Position numbers and translations under genes: made by a program. From Vicugna vicugna (lineage: Eukaryota), in assembly GCA_013265495.1 (NCBI GenBank), contig MU058570.1, forward strand, positions 186,001-250,000: a stretch of 64,000 nucleotides of DNA, in the 5' to 3' direction. Below, in pieces: positions 26,543 through 39,856 of the stretch (the first letter of the stretch is position 1; every line of letters begins with the position of its first letter). The notes beneath the pieces were generated by a model. That model had not been told where the DNA came from, ran no database searches, and saw nothing but the letters and a program-made list of their open reading frames with translations.

Positions 26543-27885
26543 GTGAGCGGAGACCCAAAGGGTGAGGCCAATGGAGCAGTGACTTGCTTAGCTCTGGATG
26601 GATGTTGGCTAACAGGGGTGATGAAAGAGGCTAACTTGAGGGGAGACAGGCAAAGCAGGGAGGCTGCTTTCCTGGAGACAATGTAGGGTTTATGCAAAGG
26701 GAGGACAGGAAAAAACCCTCAGTGCTACTCCTACTGCAAATCATTAGATCTCACAGGCTGGCTGGCATAGTTGATACCAAATGAGAACTGTAAAAAAAAA
26801 AAAAAAAATTAAAAATTCATGTCCACAACCTAGTTGAAAACCTACTGAAATTAAAGTACTTTAAAAACGTTTTTTTTGAAGAATAGATATATTTTAAGGT
26901 ATCACAGACTTTCAGAAATTCCCAGCTGGGACTCCAATATAGATAAAGACAAGTTGACTAGAAATTAATGCTCTTGAAATATGGATGGAAACATTTATTC
27001 CCATCCCACATATTTTAGATAACTTCGGTTACATCACACCCTGACTGTTTAGGATGCAGTAATTTAAGTAGCAATAACATAAACGATCCATGCCATTGAC
27101 AGTGTTTAGCCTTGCTAGTGCTCCGTGTTGCTGCTCACACATTTTGCATTTCAGAGATGCATCCAAATAGATTGGAAAATGTCATGACTTCTCCTCTACA
27201 GGGAAATCAAAATGCCAGGCAAGCATTTCATTGCTTCTCTGAATTACAGATTGTCTGCTGACCCCAGCCACGTGTGTACGGAAGCCCCACTCTCCACAGT
27301 CTATTTCCTAAAAGCCAGTTAACTTGTTATGTGTTATTCTGGTTCAGTCCAAAGAGAACTTAAGCCAAGTGTTGAAAATTACAAAGGGAAAGATCAGCCT
27401 GTGTGCTGGTGGCCACTTACGTGGTCTGAGTATTCCCTACGTGGACTTCTCTAGGTAAATGGAGAGAGGGAAGACTGGTAGTCATTTCATCAGACCAACA
27501 GACCCCTGGGTAGTGCTTTAATTTTATGATGAGAAAGCAATTTCTGAGAGGTTATATATCTTGCCTAAAATCACTCTGCAATGAACAAAGTCAGGAATCC
27601 AAACCAGACCTTTCTGACAAAAACTCGGATTTTTTTCACTCAATCCCTCTACTGCCTCACTGTAATCCAAGCCCAACCATATGAGCACTTCCACTCTTCA
27701 AAGCAAATATGTAGGTTTTGATTTTCTGGGAGATGTAGTTGTGGTTTAACTCTGAGCAAATGACAAACTTGGCAGTCCCTTGCCTAGGTCAGCTAATGAA
27801 AAACCATCTGAAGCAGGAAATGTCATTAACTAGACACAATGGAACAGAGATGAAAGTCTTCTGTCTTGTAAATCTTGTTTCCAAG

Positions 27886-28095
27886 GGTGTTTTGAAGAAA
27901 TTGTTATGGATATCTGGGAAGACCTCATGTTTTGAGACCAGGCTGGTCCCAAGAGAACTGCATGTTGCTTCCTCTGGTGGGAATAAGAAAGCCTGTTGGC
28001 TGGTAGGGAGAATCCAGGAGCTACAGCAGACACTGTTGGCTGCCAGCCTGATGTCTGCCCCCATCACATCCCACACACTCTTCCTGTGTTCCCAG
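27886..28095 (+). pseudogene. Dynein-like pseudo-exon (linker DHC_N2)
   Basis: Acceptor tttccaag and donor gtatgt. Frameshifted reading EEIVMDIWEDLMF / LVPRE..KKACWLVGRIQELQQTLLAASLM, compared with L.KM..EW....F.LVPY...YIL.GVDEIQQLLDDH. Confidence 0.55.
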
Positions 28096-28548
28096 GTATG
28101 TACCTACTAATGTGCATACATCCCAGGTTTCAGATAAGGCTAACCCACTCTGTCCCCTGGGACAGGGGGGAGTCTGATGGAGTAATCAGAAAACACCTCT
28201 TCTTTTGCAGGTAATTGGATTAGGCAAGGGGTACGGGGGTCACGATGAACATGAGAAAAAGGGTCTGGGGTCTTGAAGGGTAGGCTCTTTCTTTAGTTGC
28301 CAGAAAGAGGCAGAAACTCTTTGGCCTCCGGCTGTTAGTCTGCTTGAGGTGCCTGGAATTGTGATAACAACTGTTGGGTGAGAGTGAGTTAGATTGAACG
28401 AGTGGTGTGATTGAAAAGGTTGACTATGAGCCCATCATTTTTTGAGCCTGTCCAGGAGCTGTCCTGCTTATTGGGGATTCTTTTGTGTGAAATAATCTCC
28501 TTGCAGTTAAAGCCAATTGAGTTGGTTTTCTGTTACTTACAACTTCAG

Positions 28549-28730
28549 ATATTCTCCTTGGAGAGGGGGTGAAGGAGAACCCCTGGTATTTTGGGAGGGC
28601 TTTGGGACAACCTGACAGCTTTAAAATGCCCAGTCCAGTTGAGAAACACACCTGGACAAAACGAGTGCATCCCATGGCTCCTGGGTTCTTCTTTATCCCC
28701 TGATTTCCAAGAGGCCTTGGGACCTCTCAG
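28549..28730 (+). pseudogene. Dynein-like pseudo-exon (KR..FPRFFF motif)
   Basis: Acceptor acttcag and donor gtcagt. Reads VKENP..GLWDNLTALK..HLDK(fs)KRVHPMAPGFFFIP/DFQEAL, compared with [24 protein letters not shown]. Confidence 0.65.
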
Positions 28731-29250
28731 GTCAGTTCAGTGATGCTGTCTTTGATGGTCCTAAAAGTGCTTTCAGTTTTGAAAGGACATTGTCTTCCAA
28801 GGACTCCCTGTTGATTGGTGGTTTGTGTTTTCTGATTGTCTAAGTTTTACATGTTAATGGTGGAGAACATCACAAAGGCTGCACAGAAAGAGAAATACTT
28901 GCAATCATAGCATTCAGTTATTTTGACCTATATGCTGGGTTTGTGTGTGTGTGTTTCTGATTCATTTTCTCCCTTTCAAAAATGTGCACATATATATTGT
29001 ATATGTAGTTTTATATCCCATTATTTGAATGCAAAACCATAACGTGAAGTTATTTTCCATGTATCATTAAATGTATTTGAAAACTTGCCTAATGATTGCA
29101 CATTAATTTTTTGCATGAATATGTAATACATAGTAAATTGGTTATATTTTACATGAAGAATGCACTCGTGACAATCTTGTATAATTCAAGACTTTTTCAT
29201 AAATAGGAATAACTCAGGTGTTTTCTCTCTATATTATTAACAAACACTAG

Positions 29251-29330
29251 TGACATTCAGCTCACCAGCTTTGGACCATGATTCTTGAAGAAGTTAGAAT
29301 TTGGAGTTGATTTACATTATTTCAAAATTT
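29251..29330 (+). pseudogene. Dynein-like remnant (VQPH...KLEF)
   Basis: Reads DIQLTSFGP*FLKKLEFGVDLHY, compared with VQPHLKKCFEGIAKLEF..DLDI. Confidence 0.55.
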
Positions 29331-29522
29331 GTCAACAAATGTTGGAATGCTTATTATGTGCTGGTCACCTGTCTAGGGTTTTGGGACTCTCTGAATAGGA
29401 GTTAACATTATAGTTGAAGGCAAACAAGAAATATCAGATTTTCTCATGGGTATTACATTAAAAGGTGTGGTAAGAGGTATGGGAAAAAGAAAAACACTGA
29501 GGCAGGGCAGGGGAGATCGAAT

Positions 29523-29720
29523 CTGAATGGACAGAGCCTTGAGAACCTGATTAGCTTTCCTATCAGAAAAATGCTTTGCGTTATGACTGATGAAGCCATT
29601 GACTGGTGAGGATTAATTTATCATAATGGTTGGTCAAAGAGCCTGGCAAGAGAGATGCTCAACTGATGTCTCCTTAGTTGGGATAGATGCTGTCTGTCCA
29701 AGGAAATCATATCCTTATGG
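29523..29720 (+). pseudogene. Dynein-like remnant (VE.WL ... WPGQ)
   Basis: Reads LNGQSLEN/*LAFLSE/KMLCVMTDEAIDW*GLILS*WLVKEPG, compared with G.VE.WL..VE..M...V..AI......WV..WPGQ. Confidence 0.6.
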
Positions 29721-30124
29721 CTCCCAACAACAGCCAAGTCTCACAAAATGGAGTGATGTGTCTGAAGTCACTGACTGCCCTTCCTGGTCATCTTTTCAGG
29801 CTCCTCCTCCTGTATCCAACCTCTAAACATCTGCAGTCTTCAGGGCTCAGTCCTGGGTCCTCTTCCAGCCTCCACCTGCTCTCTTCCCTGGATTTCAATC
29901 CTATCTAATTGCAGACTGTTCCCAAATTTCATCTCGACCTTTGACTTCTCTGAGGTTTGTCCTCAACTTTCTAACCACCCACTCGACATTTCCACTTAGA
30001 TGTTAGCAGACAGATCTCCTCCTGCCTCGGTCTTCTCCTCCCTTAGTCTTTCCAATTTCAACAAATGGCTCCTCTCGCCACCCACTTCCTCCATCCAGAA
30101 ATCAGCTGTCCTTCAGCAATCTAT

Positions 30125-31705
30125 TTAAGAAGCAGGGAAATCTTCTAAAGATTTCAAAGACATACAGATTGGAAATGAAGACATAAAGTGATCCCTATTT
30201 GTGGATGACTTGCTTTTCTATGTGGGAAAAAAAAATTCCAAGGTATCTACAAAACTCCTGGTATAAGTGATTTCAGCAAGGCTGAATGGTACAAGAGAAA
30301 TGTACAAAAATCAACTGCATTTCTGTTTACTAACAACAAATATGTGGGAACTAAAATTTAAAAGATACCATTTACAATCACACTAAGGCAAATGAAATAC
30401 TTAGGTATCAATCTGATACAACACATCCCAGGACCTGTATGCTGAAAATCATAAAATGCTGATGCACCAAATCAGAGAAGCTCTAACTAAAGGGCGAGAC
30501 ATCCTGTGTTCATTCATGGATTAGGAGACTCCGCATAGCAAGGATATCAGTTCTGTCCAAATTGGTTTATAGGTTTAACGCAATTCTGATCAAAATCCCA
30601 GCAAGTTTTCACTATTATTTTTTGTAGTTGCACATACATAAGCTTATTCAAAAAAATTACCTGGAAAGAGAAAGAAACTAGAATAGCTAAAACAACTCTG
30701 ACAAAGAAGAGTGAATCAGGGAGCCATCGGTCAGCCTGACTCTGAGACTTGCTGTGTGGCTACTGGTATAACTGGTACAGCTGGTATAACACAGTACACT
30801 ACTGCAGAGTGATGGCTGCGGAGATCAGTAGAACCAGATACTGAGCCCAGGGACCCACACAAATATGCCCATCTGCTTTTTGACAAAGATGCGAAAGCAA
30901 CTTAGCGAAGGGGTGGAGGGAACACCAACAGATGGTGCTGGAACAAATGGACCTTCGAAGGCAAAACGACCAAGAAACCCCAAAACCAACCTAGATCTGT
31001 CAGCTTACACAAAAAAAATTCATCAAAATGCAGCATAAACTTAAAAACAAAACATAAAATTATTAAAAATTTAGAAAAAATAGAAAATCTTCAGAGCCCA
31101 GGACTAGATAAAGAGTTGACTTAACACCAAAAGCCCAACTTACAAAAGGAAGCGGGTAAATCAGACCTCATCAAAATTCAAAACTTGGGCTTTGTGAAAG
31201 ATCTTAAGAGGATGAAAAGACAAAGTATGGACTGGAAGAAAATATTTTCAAAGCACATACCTGATGAAGGATTTGTACATGGAATATATAAAGCACTCTC
31301 CAAAGTCAACAGTAAGAGAACAGTCCAGTTAGAAAATGGGCAAAAGACACAAACGGACATTTCACTGGAGGATAAGCAGATGGCAAATAAGCCCCTGAAA
31401 GGATGTGCAGCATCATTAGCCCTTAGAGGAATGCAGTTAAGTCCGCAAAATGAGATATCACTACATACCTTCCAGAGTTGCTAAAATAAAAATATTGATT
31501 ACCACTGAATGCTGGGGAAGATACAGAGAAAGCTGGATCCACTCATACATTGCTGGTGGGAATATAAAATGTCCGGCCACTCTGGGAAACAGTTTGCTAT
31601 AAACCTGTTTGTTGTGAAACTAAACATGCAGCTACTTCACAACCCAGCCATTGCACTCTTGAGTGTTTATCTCAGAGCAATGAAGACTTAAGTTCACACA
31701 CAAAC
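30125..31705 (+). mobile_element. Old L1M ORF2 fragment
   Basis: Degenerate ORF2 (aaatacttaggtatcaatct, tataggtttaacgcaattc, KRQSMDWKKIFSKH, NPAIALL). Confidence 0.85.
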
Positions 31706-32459
31706 CTCACTCAGGGTCTTCCCTTTCCTCTCACTGGAAAAGGCTCTCGATCACAGGGTGGCTAGGGGGCTGGCACTGGTGAACATGTTTGTAGTAAGAT
31801 GGTAACATTGGATTCTTTCTCCCTCATTCCCTTCTGGGAACATTGAGTTCCCATGAATGTCATTCACTCCAGAACATGCAGCCCATCTGACATGTATTTC
31901 TTGCCTGGCAGTGAAAGCAGACCTTTTCATTTCTGATCGCATGATCTGGTCGTTTGCTTTGTGATCTCTCTAACATTTGGGGGCATCTGTGATCCTTCTT
32001 TGCTGCCCTGTTGCCTCCACCATCTACTTGGTATATGGCGGGGGTGGGCTGCCCCTTGCCTGTTTTGAAGGTCATACCTGTCAGCCTCCACCTTGGCTGA
32101 ACAACTTTTCCTTTCCAGAAAGTGCAGAAGGTGACTTCCATGCATCTTTAAAAAGTGGGTGTGCTTTTATTTTTCTTTTTTCTTCAGAGACACTTTAACC
32201 TCTTTGGTCAACATTTTTCATCATTTTTCCCTTTCAGATACCCAAGGTCAAGTACTATTTTTAGCCATTGTTCTCCCCAGTAGGGTTCTCCTCAGAGCAT
32301 CCTGGCTACCGGGGCTGTACTTTTATAAGCTTCTTCAAGGGATAATACATACGTAGTTACATCTCATTTCTTCCCCTTTTAAGTAGGTTAAATCTTCCAC
32401 AGATCATTTGCTTGTTGCATATTTAGCTAGTCTTAAATAATAATGAGTATTGGAAGGGT

Positions 32460-32575
32460 AGGAACAACACATAGCGATGGTTGTTTTGAAAGAGTGCGTT
32501 ATTTGGCAAATGTTCTTCTGGGAAAAGCACTGGATGTGTTTGAAAGAATTGCTTTTTAAAGTCATTGGGAATCAG
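32460..32575 (+). pseudogene. Dynein-like pseudo-exon (pre-AAA1 helix)
   Basis: Reads RVRYLANVLLGKALDVFERIAF*, compared with QL..LV.LVRG.L...ER.TL. Ends at donor cag/gtgaga. Confidence 0.4.
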
Positions 32576-34384
32576 GTGAGACCCCGAGGGGCTTGGGAGA
32601 GGATGGAACAGTCTGTGAAAGAAAAAAGCAAGGATTTGTGAGTTGATTTGAGTTTGGAGAAAGGAGAAGTGGAGGTGTTTGGAAGAGAGAGGGAATAGCC
32701 AGCAAGGTGGCTGAAGGCCATAGGTTGCAAGATGTGACCCTATGACATGGTCTCTCAAATCCCTGAAGTGCAGCTAAATCACGAAATACCAGCCATGCGT
32801 ACATTTCTGTGTGTGAACTGGTGAAGCCAGGTTGGCGTGATGCAAACTTGAAACATATGCTGCCAGGTTGAAAGCTTTGAGAAATACAAGGGTGTAAACC
32901 ACAGGAACGTACAGAAATTGTGAAGAGGGTAAAATTAAAATCAGAAGCAGAACCTCCCCAGTTGGCTCCAAGTCCGTGGGAGAGAAATAGTATTCAGGGC
33001 CACTTTGTTACACCCCAGTTGTGCAGCAGTCGCTGACTTGTGTCACCCTCCTCCTGTTTAAAGACCCACCTCTGCCCCTACCTTCTATAAAAAGCCCTCT
33101 CTCCTAAAACTCGTGTTCTCAGTGCTGTCCCTCCCCTCTCAAATTCTACAGCTTTTCCCATCTTTGGTACACAGGTTAGTGCCTGTGTTAGTAAAAAAAG
33201 AAAAAGAAAAAAGAAATTCAAAACAGAAAGCCTTCAGTGGCCTTGTGAGAGTTCTCTAGAGAAGAGAGACTTTGAGTGGGTCAGAGGGATGCAAACAAGT
33301 AGGGATAGCAGACAGTCGTCCTTGGTACAAGCACAGTGGGGAGAGGCAGAAGGGTCAGTTTTCTGGGAGTAACAATGACAACAGCATTAGTGGTGATCAG
33401 GGGCGGGGCAGTTCCCAGTGACCAACACTGTGCAGGGGTGCTGAGAGGCAGTCCCCAGTGGGTTGAACTTGGGTTCAGGTTCCATAACCTCTTCAGCCAG
33501 GTTTTTTGGGCATTCATTAAGCCACTCAATATCCCTTTAAAAATGTATTTTCTGCTTAAATCAGCCAGATTTACGTGAAAACAACCAGATTTTGTTGCTT
33601 GCAAAGAATAACGTAGAGTATATAACTTTTGTAAGCACTGTTGTGATGAAAATCCTTGAGTACACGGTCTCAGCACTTAGCTTTGATTGCTTCTCGAGGA
33701 TGAATTCCTAAACTTGGCCTTCAGGTTGAGTAGGATGGAGTAAGCACGCGACCCATCACTCCCAATGATGTGACTATAAAACCTGTGCAAGGGGGATGGG
33801 GTGGCTATTTGAGGACTTTGAAAAGTAAATGGTAGCAGGCAGATTGGGGAAGAACACTAGAAACCAGAGTACCATCAACCTGGCAGGGATTTTAACTTTT
33901 TCTTTCCCTGCAGAATCTCCAAGTTGAACTCAGTGTAGCCAGAAGCTCAGAAGTGAGCACTGCAGCAGAGAAAGGTGCCAGGAGAATTCTTCAATCCTTC
34001 CAGCTTGAGATGCTGGGAAAGGAACTCCTGAGAGAGAGAGAGACAGAGAGGAAAGTGGGGTGGGTAGGGGAGGAGACATTCCCAAGAGCAGCTGAGCAGA
34101 AATCCTCCTGGATTTAATCTTCTCTTCTCTCTCATCCTGCAGCCCCCAAGCAGTCCTGTAGAGTGGGGGCAGTTGTGGATCTTTGATACCAAAAGGGTAG
34201 ACCAACCTTTGTTGACCTTTCTTTTTTCCATTTTTCAGTTTTATTAGGTAGAATTGTAATAATTTGACTGTACATATACAATATATACCATGTAAATACA
34301 CATATGCAATAACCACGCATATTTTTTAAAATTTACATAGATGTACTGTTCATTGTTTCTAAGAAGTTTATAACTTTAGCTTCT

Positions 34385-36335
34385 TTAAAAAATTGAGGTA
34401 CCATCAGTTACAATGCATCCGCTTCTGGTGTACAGCACAGTGTCCCAGTCATGCCTATATATACATATGTTCATTTTCATACTCCTTTTCATTAAAGGTT
34501 ATTACAAGATATTGAGCATAGTTCCCTGTGCTATACGGCAGAAACTTTTTTTAAATCTGTTTTTATATATAGGGGCTAAATTTGTATTTGTAAACCTCAA
34601 ACCCCCAAATTTATCCCTTCCCACCCCCTTTCCCTGGTAACCATAAGTTTATTTACTATGTCTGTGAGTCTGTTTTGTAGATGAGTTCATAGTGTCCTTT
34701 TTTTTAGATTCCACATATGAATGATCTCATATGGTATTTTTCTTTCTCTTTCTGGCTTACTTCACTTAGAATGACATTCTCCAGGTCCATCCATGTTGCT
34801 GCAAAAGGCATTATTTTATTCTGTGTTATGGCTGAGTACTATTCCATTGTATAAATATACCACAGTTTCTTTACCCAGTCATCTGTAAATGGACATTTAA
34901 GTTGCTTCCATGTCTTGGCTATTGTATGTAATGCTGCTATGAACATTGGAGTGCATGTATGTTTTCAAATTAGAGGCCCCTCCAGATTCATGCCCAGGAG
35001 TGGGATTGCTCAATTATATGGTAAGTCTATTTTTAATCTTTTGAGAAATCTCCATACTGTTTTCCATAATGGCTGCATAAAACTACATTCCCACCAACAT
35101 TGTAGGACGGTTGCCTTTCTCCACACCCTCTCCAGCATTTATCATTTGAGGACTTTTTAGTGATGAACAGTCTGACCAGTGGGAGGTGATACCTCATTGT
35201 AGTTTTGATTTGCATGTCTCTGATAATTAGCGATGTTGAGCATTTTTTCATGTGCCTATTGATCATTCATATGTCTTCATTGGAGAATTGCTTGTTTGGG
35301 TCTCCTGCCCATTTTTGGATTGGGTGGTTTGTTTTTTTCTTATTCAGTTGTATGAGCTGTTTATATATTCTGGAGATTAAGCCCTTGACAGTCACATCTT
35401 TTGCAAATATTTTCTGCCATTATGCAGGTTGTCTTTGTTTTGCTTATCGTTTCCTTTACTGTGGTAAAGCTTATAAGTTTAATTAGGTCTCATTTGTTTA
35501 ATTTTGCTCTTACTTCTATTGCCTGGGTAGACTGCCCTAGGAGAATATTGCTAAGATTTATGTCAGATAATGTTTTGCCTGTGTTTTCTTCTAAGAGGTT
35601 TATAGTGTCTTGTCTTATGTTTAAGTCTTTAAGTCATTTTGAGTTCATTTTTGTGTAAAGTGTGAGGGAGTGCTCTAACTTCATTGATTTACATGCAGTT
35701 GTCCAGTTTTCCCAACCCCATTTGCTGAAGAGACTGTCTTTACTCCACTACACATTCTTGCCTACTTTGTCAAAGATTAATTGACCAAAAGTTTGTGGGT
35801 TTCTGGGCTCTCTGTTCTGTTCCATTGATCTGTATGTCTGTTTTTGTACCAATAGCATGCTGTTTTGATCACTGTAGCTCTGTAGTATTGTCTGAAGTCT
35901 GGGAGGGGTTATTCTTCCAGCTTCATTCTTTTTCTTCAGTAATGCTTTGGCAATTCTAGGTCTTTTGTGATTCCATATAAGTTTTAGGATTATTTGTTCT
36001 AGTTCTGTGAAAAATGTCCTGGGTAATTTGATAGGGACCATATTAAATCTGTAGATTGCTGTGGGTAGTATGGTCATCTTAACAATATTAATTCTTCCAA
36101 TCTAAGAACATGGGATATCTTTCCATTTCTTTAAGTCATCTTTAATTTAGTCAGTTTTTTGTGGTTCTCTGTGTATAGGTCTTTTACTTCCTTGGTCAGA
36201 TTTATTCCTAAGTATTTTATTTCTTTTGGATGCAGTTTTAAAAGGGATTGTTTCTCTAATTTCCTTTTCTGATATTTCCTTGTTAGTGTAAAGAAATGCC
36301 ACTGATTTCTGTATGTTAATCTTGTATCCTGTCAT
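34385..36335 (-). mobile_element. 5'-truncated L1
   Basis: L1 3' UTR and ORF2 motifs [23 protein letters not shown] and GYKINIQKSVAFLY. Confidence 0.95.
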
Positions 36336-37488
36336 AACATAATCCTTAAAATGTGATACATGATACAATACACAATTATTCAGCATGTGGGGAAACACAA
36401 AAATTTCAAGTTGCACAGGAAAGGACAATTCATAGATGGCGAATGCAGAGATAATACAGATGACAGAATTATCTGACTAAGATTTGAAGTCAGACATTAT
36501 AAAAATGCTGAAACAAGCAACCAGGAACACTCCTGAAACAAATGCTAAAAATGGAAAGTCTCAGCAAAGGAATAGAGAACCTGAAAATAAATAAACAATA
36601 CAGTACACCTCCGCTCTGTCTCAGGGTGGAGGAGGTGTTTCCCAGTCTGGAATCACGCTTTCAGATGTGGGAAGTCTCTGATTAGGTCTGATTTGGATTT
36701 TTCCAGTCCCAAGGGGAGGCTCAAGTTCAAAACTGTGTACCTCTAGTCAGATCAGCCATGTCTCCTCCGTTTGTCCTGGCGTGCTGCTCCTTTCTGGTCA
36801 ACAGAGAGGTGTGGAATGGCTTTCTGGGCCAGCATGGTGCTCCGACCCATCGGGGTACACGACAGGCACTGCTCTGGATGGACTCAGGGAGCTTACAGTT
36901 CAGTGGGGGATACAGTGTTAATCCAATTATGAAGGTAATGACCGATTAAAAACCCAGGCAGAGTTCTGAAGGAATGTGGTCTCTGAAGGTACGTTGGGAA
37001 GGAACCTGACCCAGACCTGGCCTGGTGATGCATTAACCAGTCAGCATCTGCCCAGGCCCTGAGGGACTCAGAGTTCTTTCCCAGGAAGAGGAGTGTGGCT
37101 TAGACCCACAGCCCCAGGCAGAGGGTCCTTCTCCTCAGGGGTGCGTTTACTCCACCTTCAGCCATTCCTGGGTCCAGTACCTGCCTCTTGGTGACACTGG
37201 GAGCAGGACAGCTGTTCCTGGAAGGCTTAGGAAATCCTACAGAAAGTCCCTGGCCTGTAAGGATCAGCGTTGTCAGAGTTAATGCTCTAGTGGGTCACAT
37301 CCACGTGCTCTCTGTGGAGACCACAGTCAGATTTTATAAAGAAAACCCATTTCTCCAGCAGATTTTCACTATGCTTTTGCTTTTTCTTTATTTTCAATAG
37401 CTCTTTACCCCACACTTTTTTTTCTTTCCTCTAACCCAGATAAGGAGCACAAGGAGAGGTGGAAAGTTCAAGTAAGAAACCAAGCCTT

Positions 37489-37650
37489 GGGGGTGGGAAG
37501 GTAGCACTCAGTGTTAAGAGCGCATGCTTAGCATGCACGAGGTCCTGGGTTCAATCCCCAATACCTCCAGCAAAAATAATAATAAATAAATAGATAAACC
37601 TACTTACCTCCTCCTCCCCCACCATTTTTTTTTAAAGAAAGAAAGAAAGA
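37489..37650 (+). mobile_element. tRNA-derived SINE
   Basis: B box gggttcaatcccc; aagaaaccaag is repeated on both flanks. Confidence 0.88.
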
Positions 37651-37739
37651 AAGAAACCAAGTGGGGTTTCTAAGTTAGTGAGAAGGACTAGAAAATAGAG
37701 CTTTTATGTTTCTTTTGTCTTATATGAAATGATAACCTT

Positions 37740-38920
37740 GATACAATATGGCATCTCTACTTCAGATGGAGTTCATGGAGCATCACGGATTGACTGATTC
37801 AGTTCTGTGCATCAAACTTTGACCTTTAGTATGCTTATTTCGTGGAACCTTCCAAATATATTTTTACTTTTTACTAACTGAATTTAATCCTTTCCTCTAA
37901 TAGAGGAAATTAAACAGAACTAATACAAAAATTAGTTTAAGGAAGAGCAAGTGTGGTACTTTGAGAGTGCCAACCCAAAATAAGTCACGCCAAACCAAGT
38001 CCTAAGCTGTCACCTTCACTTATCATTGACATTTGCACAGCATTGTTTCCCCAAAGTAAAACAGTCCAGTTCCCTCCTTCTGGGCATTTGCCTGTTAGTA
38101 GCTGGTAAAGGAATGTTTGCCTAATCTTTAAACTCCTTTGTGCTCTGTGCTTATGTTCTCTCTTCTGGAATAGGAGTCTCTGTAGCTTAACAGGGATATG
38201 ATGAAAAATAAAGAACCAATGTTGGCAGTGTACTGTAACGTGCTGGATCAACACTGCTTTTCAGCATATTAAAGCAGTATTTCACCTTCCATTGACTGAT
38301 TAGTGTTCCACATTTTGCTGCTCTGAAACCATGAGCCACGTGAATACTATACGTTATGTAATACTTTATATAATATTGTAATACAAAAGTGAAATCTTGA
38401 ACACATAGGTTTCTGATTGAAAATTGTCAGTCCGAATATCCCTAAACTGAAACAGTGTTTCCCAAATCTTGTTAGATTCAGAACTTTCTCAAAGCCCCGG
38501 CCAGTTAGAATGGCTTGGGGCTTCCCCAGGGGCCCCAGCCATCTGAGACTTGAGAGATCACAGATTGGCCTTAAAGAATTTGTGATTCCAAGATGTGAGA
38601 GAGAAAACTAACAAATCAGTAGATGATAGCAAGCGGGGACGTTCGGAAAAGAGCTAAAAAGTCTAAGTGATGCAGAAGATGCTGGCAGTTGAAGAGTGAG
38701 GAAAAATCTAAGACAAATCTCTGTGCCCATTGGAATTGATGACCTTCTACAGTGACAGCAGTTTATGAAGTGAGAACATAAATTGTTGGTCCTATATTAG
38801 CTTTTATTACAATATATTCTTAATATTTTTATTTTGTGCTTTATTTTGAAAGTATCATAGCACTTAGCACATCATTTTGAGAACTATCAGGATATTTTCT
38901 TTTAAAAATGTATCAGTATA
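37740..38920 (+). pseudogene. Dynein-like AAA1 remnants
   Basis: QYG..MEFM/GASRI..HQTLT (~EYLG..RLVITPLTDRCYRTL); KTVQ/LLLGICL; GYDEK*RTNVGSVL/NVLDQ/LFSILK at 38194 (~CFDEFNRI..EVLSVVAQQI..I); DAGS*RVRKNLRQISVPIG at 38678, in exact register with YAGRTELPDNLKALFRPVA. Confidence 0.65.
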
Positions 38921-38922
38921 GG

Positions 38923-39372
38923 CTGCTGTGGGTTGAATTGTGTCCTCCAAAAGGTACGTTCAGGTCTAACCCCACGTAACCTGTGGATGTGACCTTATTT
39001 GGAAATAGGGTCTTTACAGATGTAATCACGTTAAGATGAGGTCATATTGGATTAGGGTGAGCTCTCATTCAGTGGGATCCTTATAAGATGAGAGATACTT
39101 GGACTTAAACACATGCAGGGAAAGTGAAATGTGAAGACAGGCTGAGGTTGAAGTAATGTAGCTGCAAGCCAGGGGTCACCAAGGATGACTGACAGCCGCC
39201 AGAAGCTAGGAAGAGACAAGGAGAGGTCCGTCCCTGGAGTCTTCAGAGAGCATGGCCCCTACCGACACCTTGACTTTGGACTTCTAGCCTAGATCCGTTG
39301 AGACAATAAATTTCTTTTTTAAACCACTTGGTTTGTGGTATTTAGTTATAGCAGTCATAGGAAACTAATATG
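38923..39372 (+). mobile_element. MLT1A/B-type solo LTR
   Basis: tgctgtgggttgaattgtgtcc ... gtgaccttatttggaaatagggtc ... aataaatttc ... ggaaactaatatg. Putative 5-bp TSD taggc/taagc. Confidence 0.88.
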
Positions 39373-39856
39373 TAAGCTTCTGTAGTCAAAATATGATTCA
39401 GGGAGAAACTGATGCTTGATAAGGCAAGGTGGAGTGAGGAGGGTATTCTAGGCAAAGGAGATAACATCTTCAGAGTCACCTGGTTCCAATAAAGTGTAAA
39501 ATACCTTGATGTTAGGGAGTCACCTAAAGTGCCATTACTTTATTTCTTTGGACAGGACATGTAAAAATCGTCAGCAAAGGAAGCATACCATATCAGAATA
39601 AAGGACATTTCTCTGGGTTGAATAAATGTGTCATTTTAAATGATTGTACTCATTTTTTTCCCATTCATTGAAAATTGGTGAAACAAGGACCAAAGTTTGG
39701 GGAACACTACAATTGTGATTCTCCAGTGGCTGTGCCCTGAGCCCTCTGGTGTGCAGATTCCGGTTCAGCACGTTCAGCTCCGCACCTGACCAGCTCCCAG
39801 GCCGTGCGGGTGCTGTTGTTCCAGGGACTGCGATTGCACATCAAGACGCTATACGT

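Noticed and set aside
33336..33578. SFLGVTMTTALVVI..SDQHC as the dynein EYLG..RLVITPLTDRC motif
   Set aside because: Similarity is weak, and a better-placed candidate lies at ~37.75 kb next to the other AAA1 remnants.
38417..38611. PKLKQCF..RPVRM as the AAA1 NLKALFRPVAM motif
   Set aside because: The DNA looks like a MER5-type transposon remnant, and the in-register match is at 38678.
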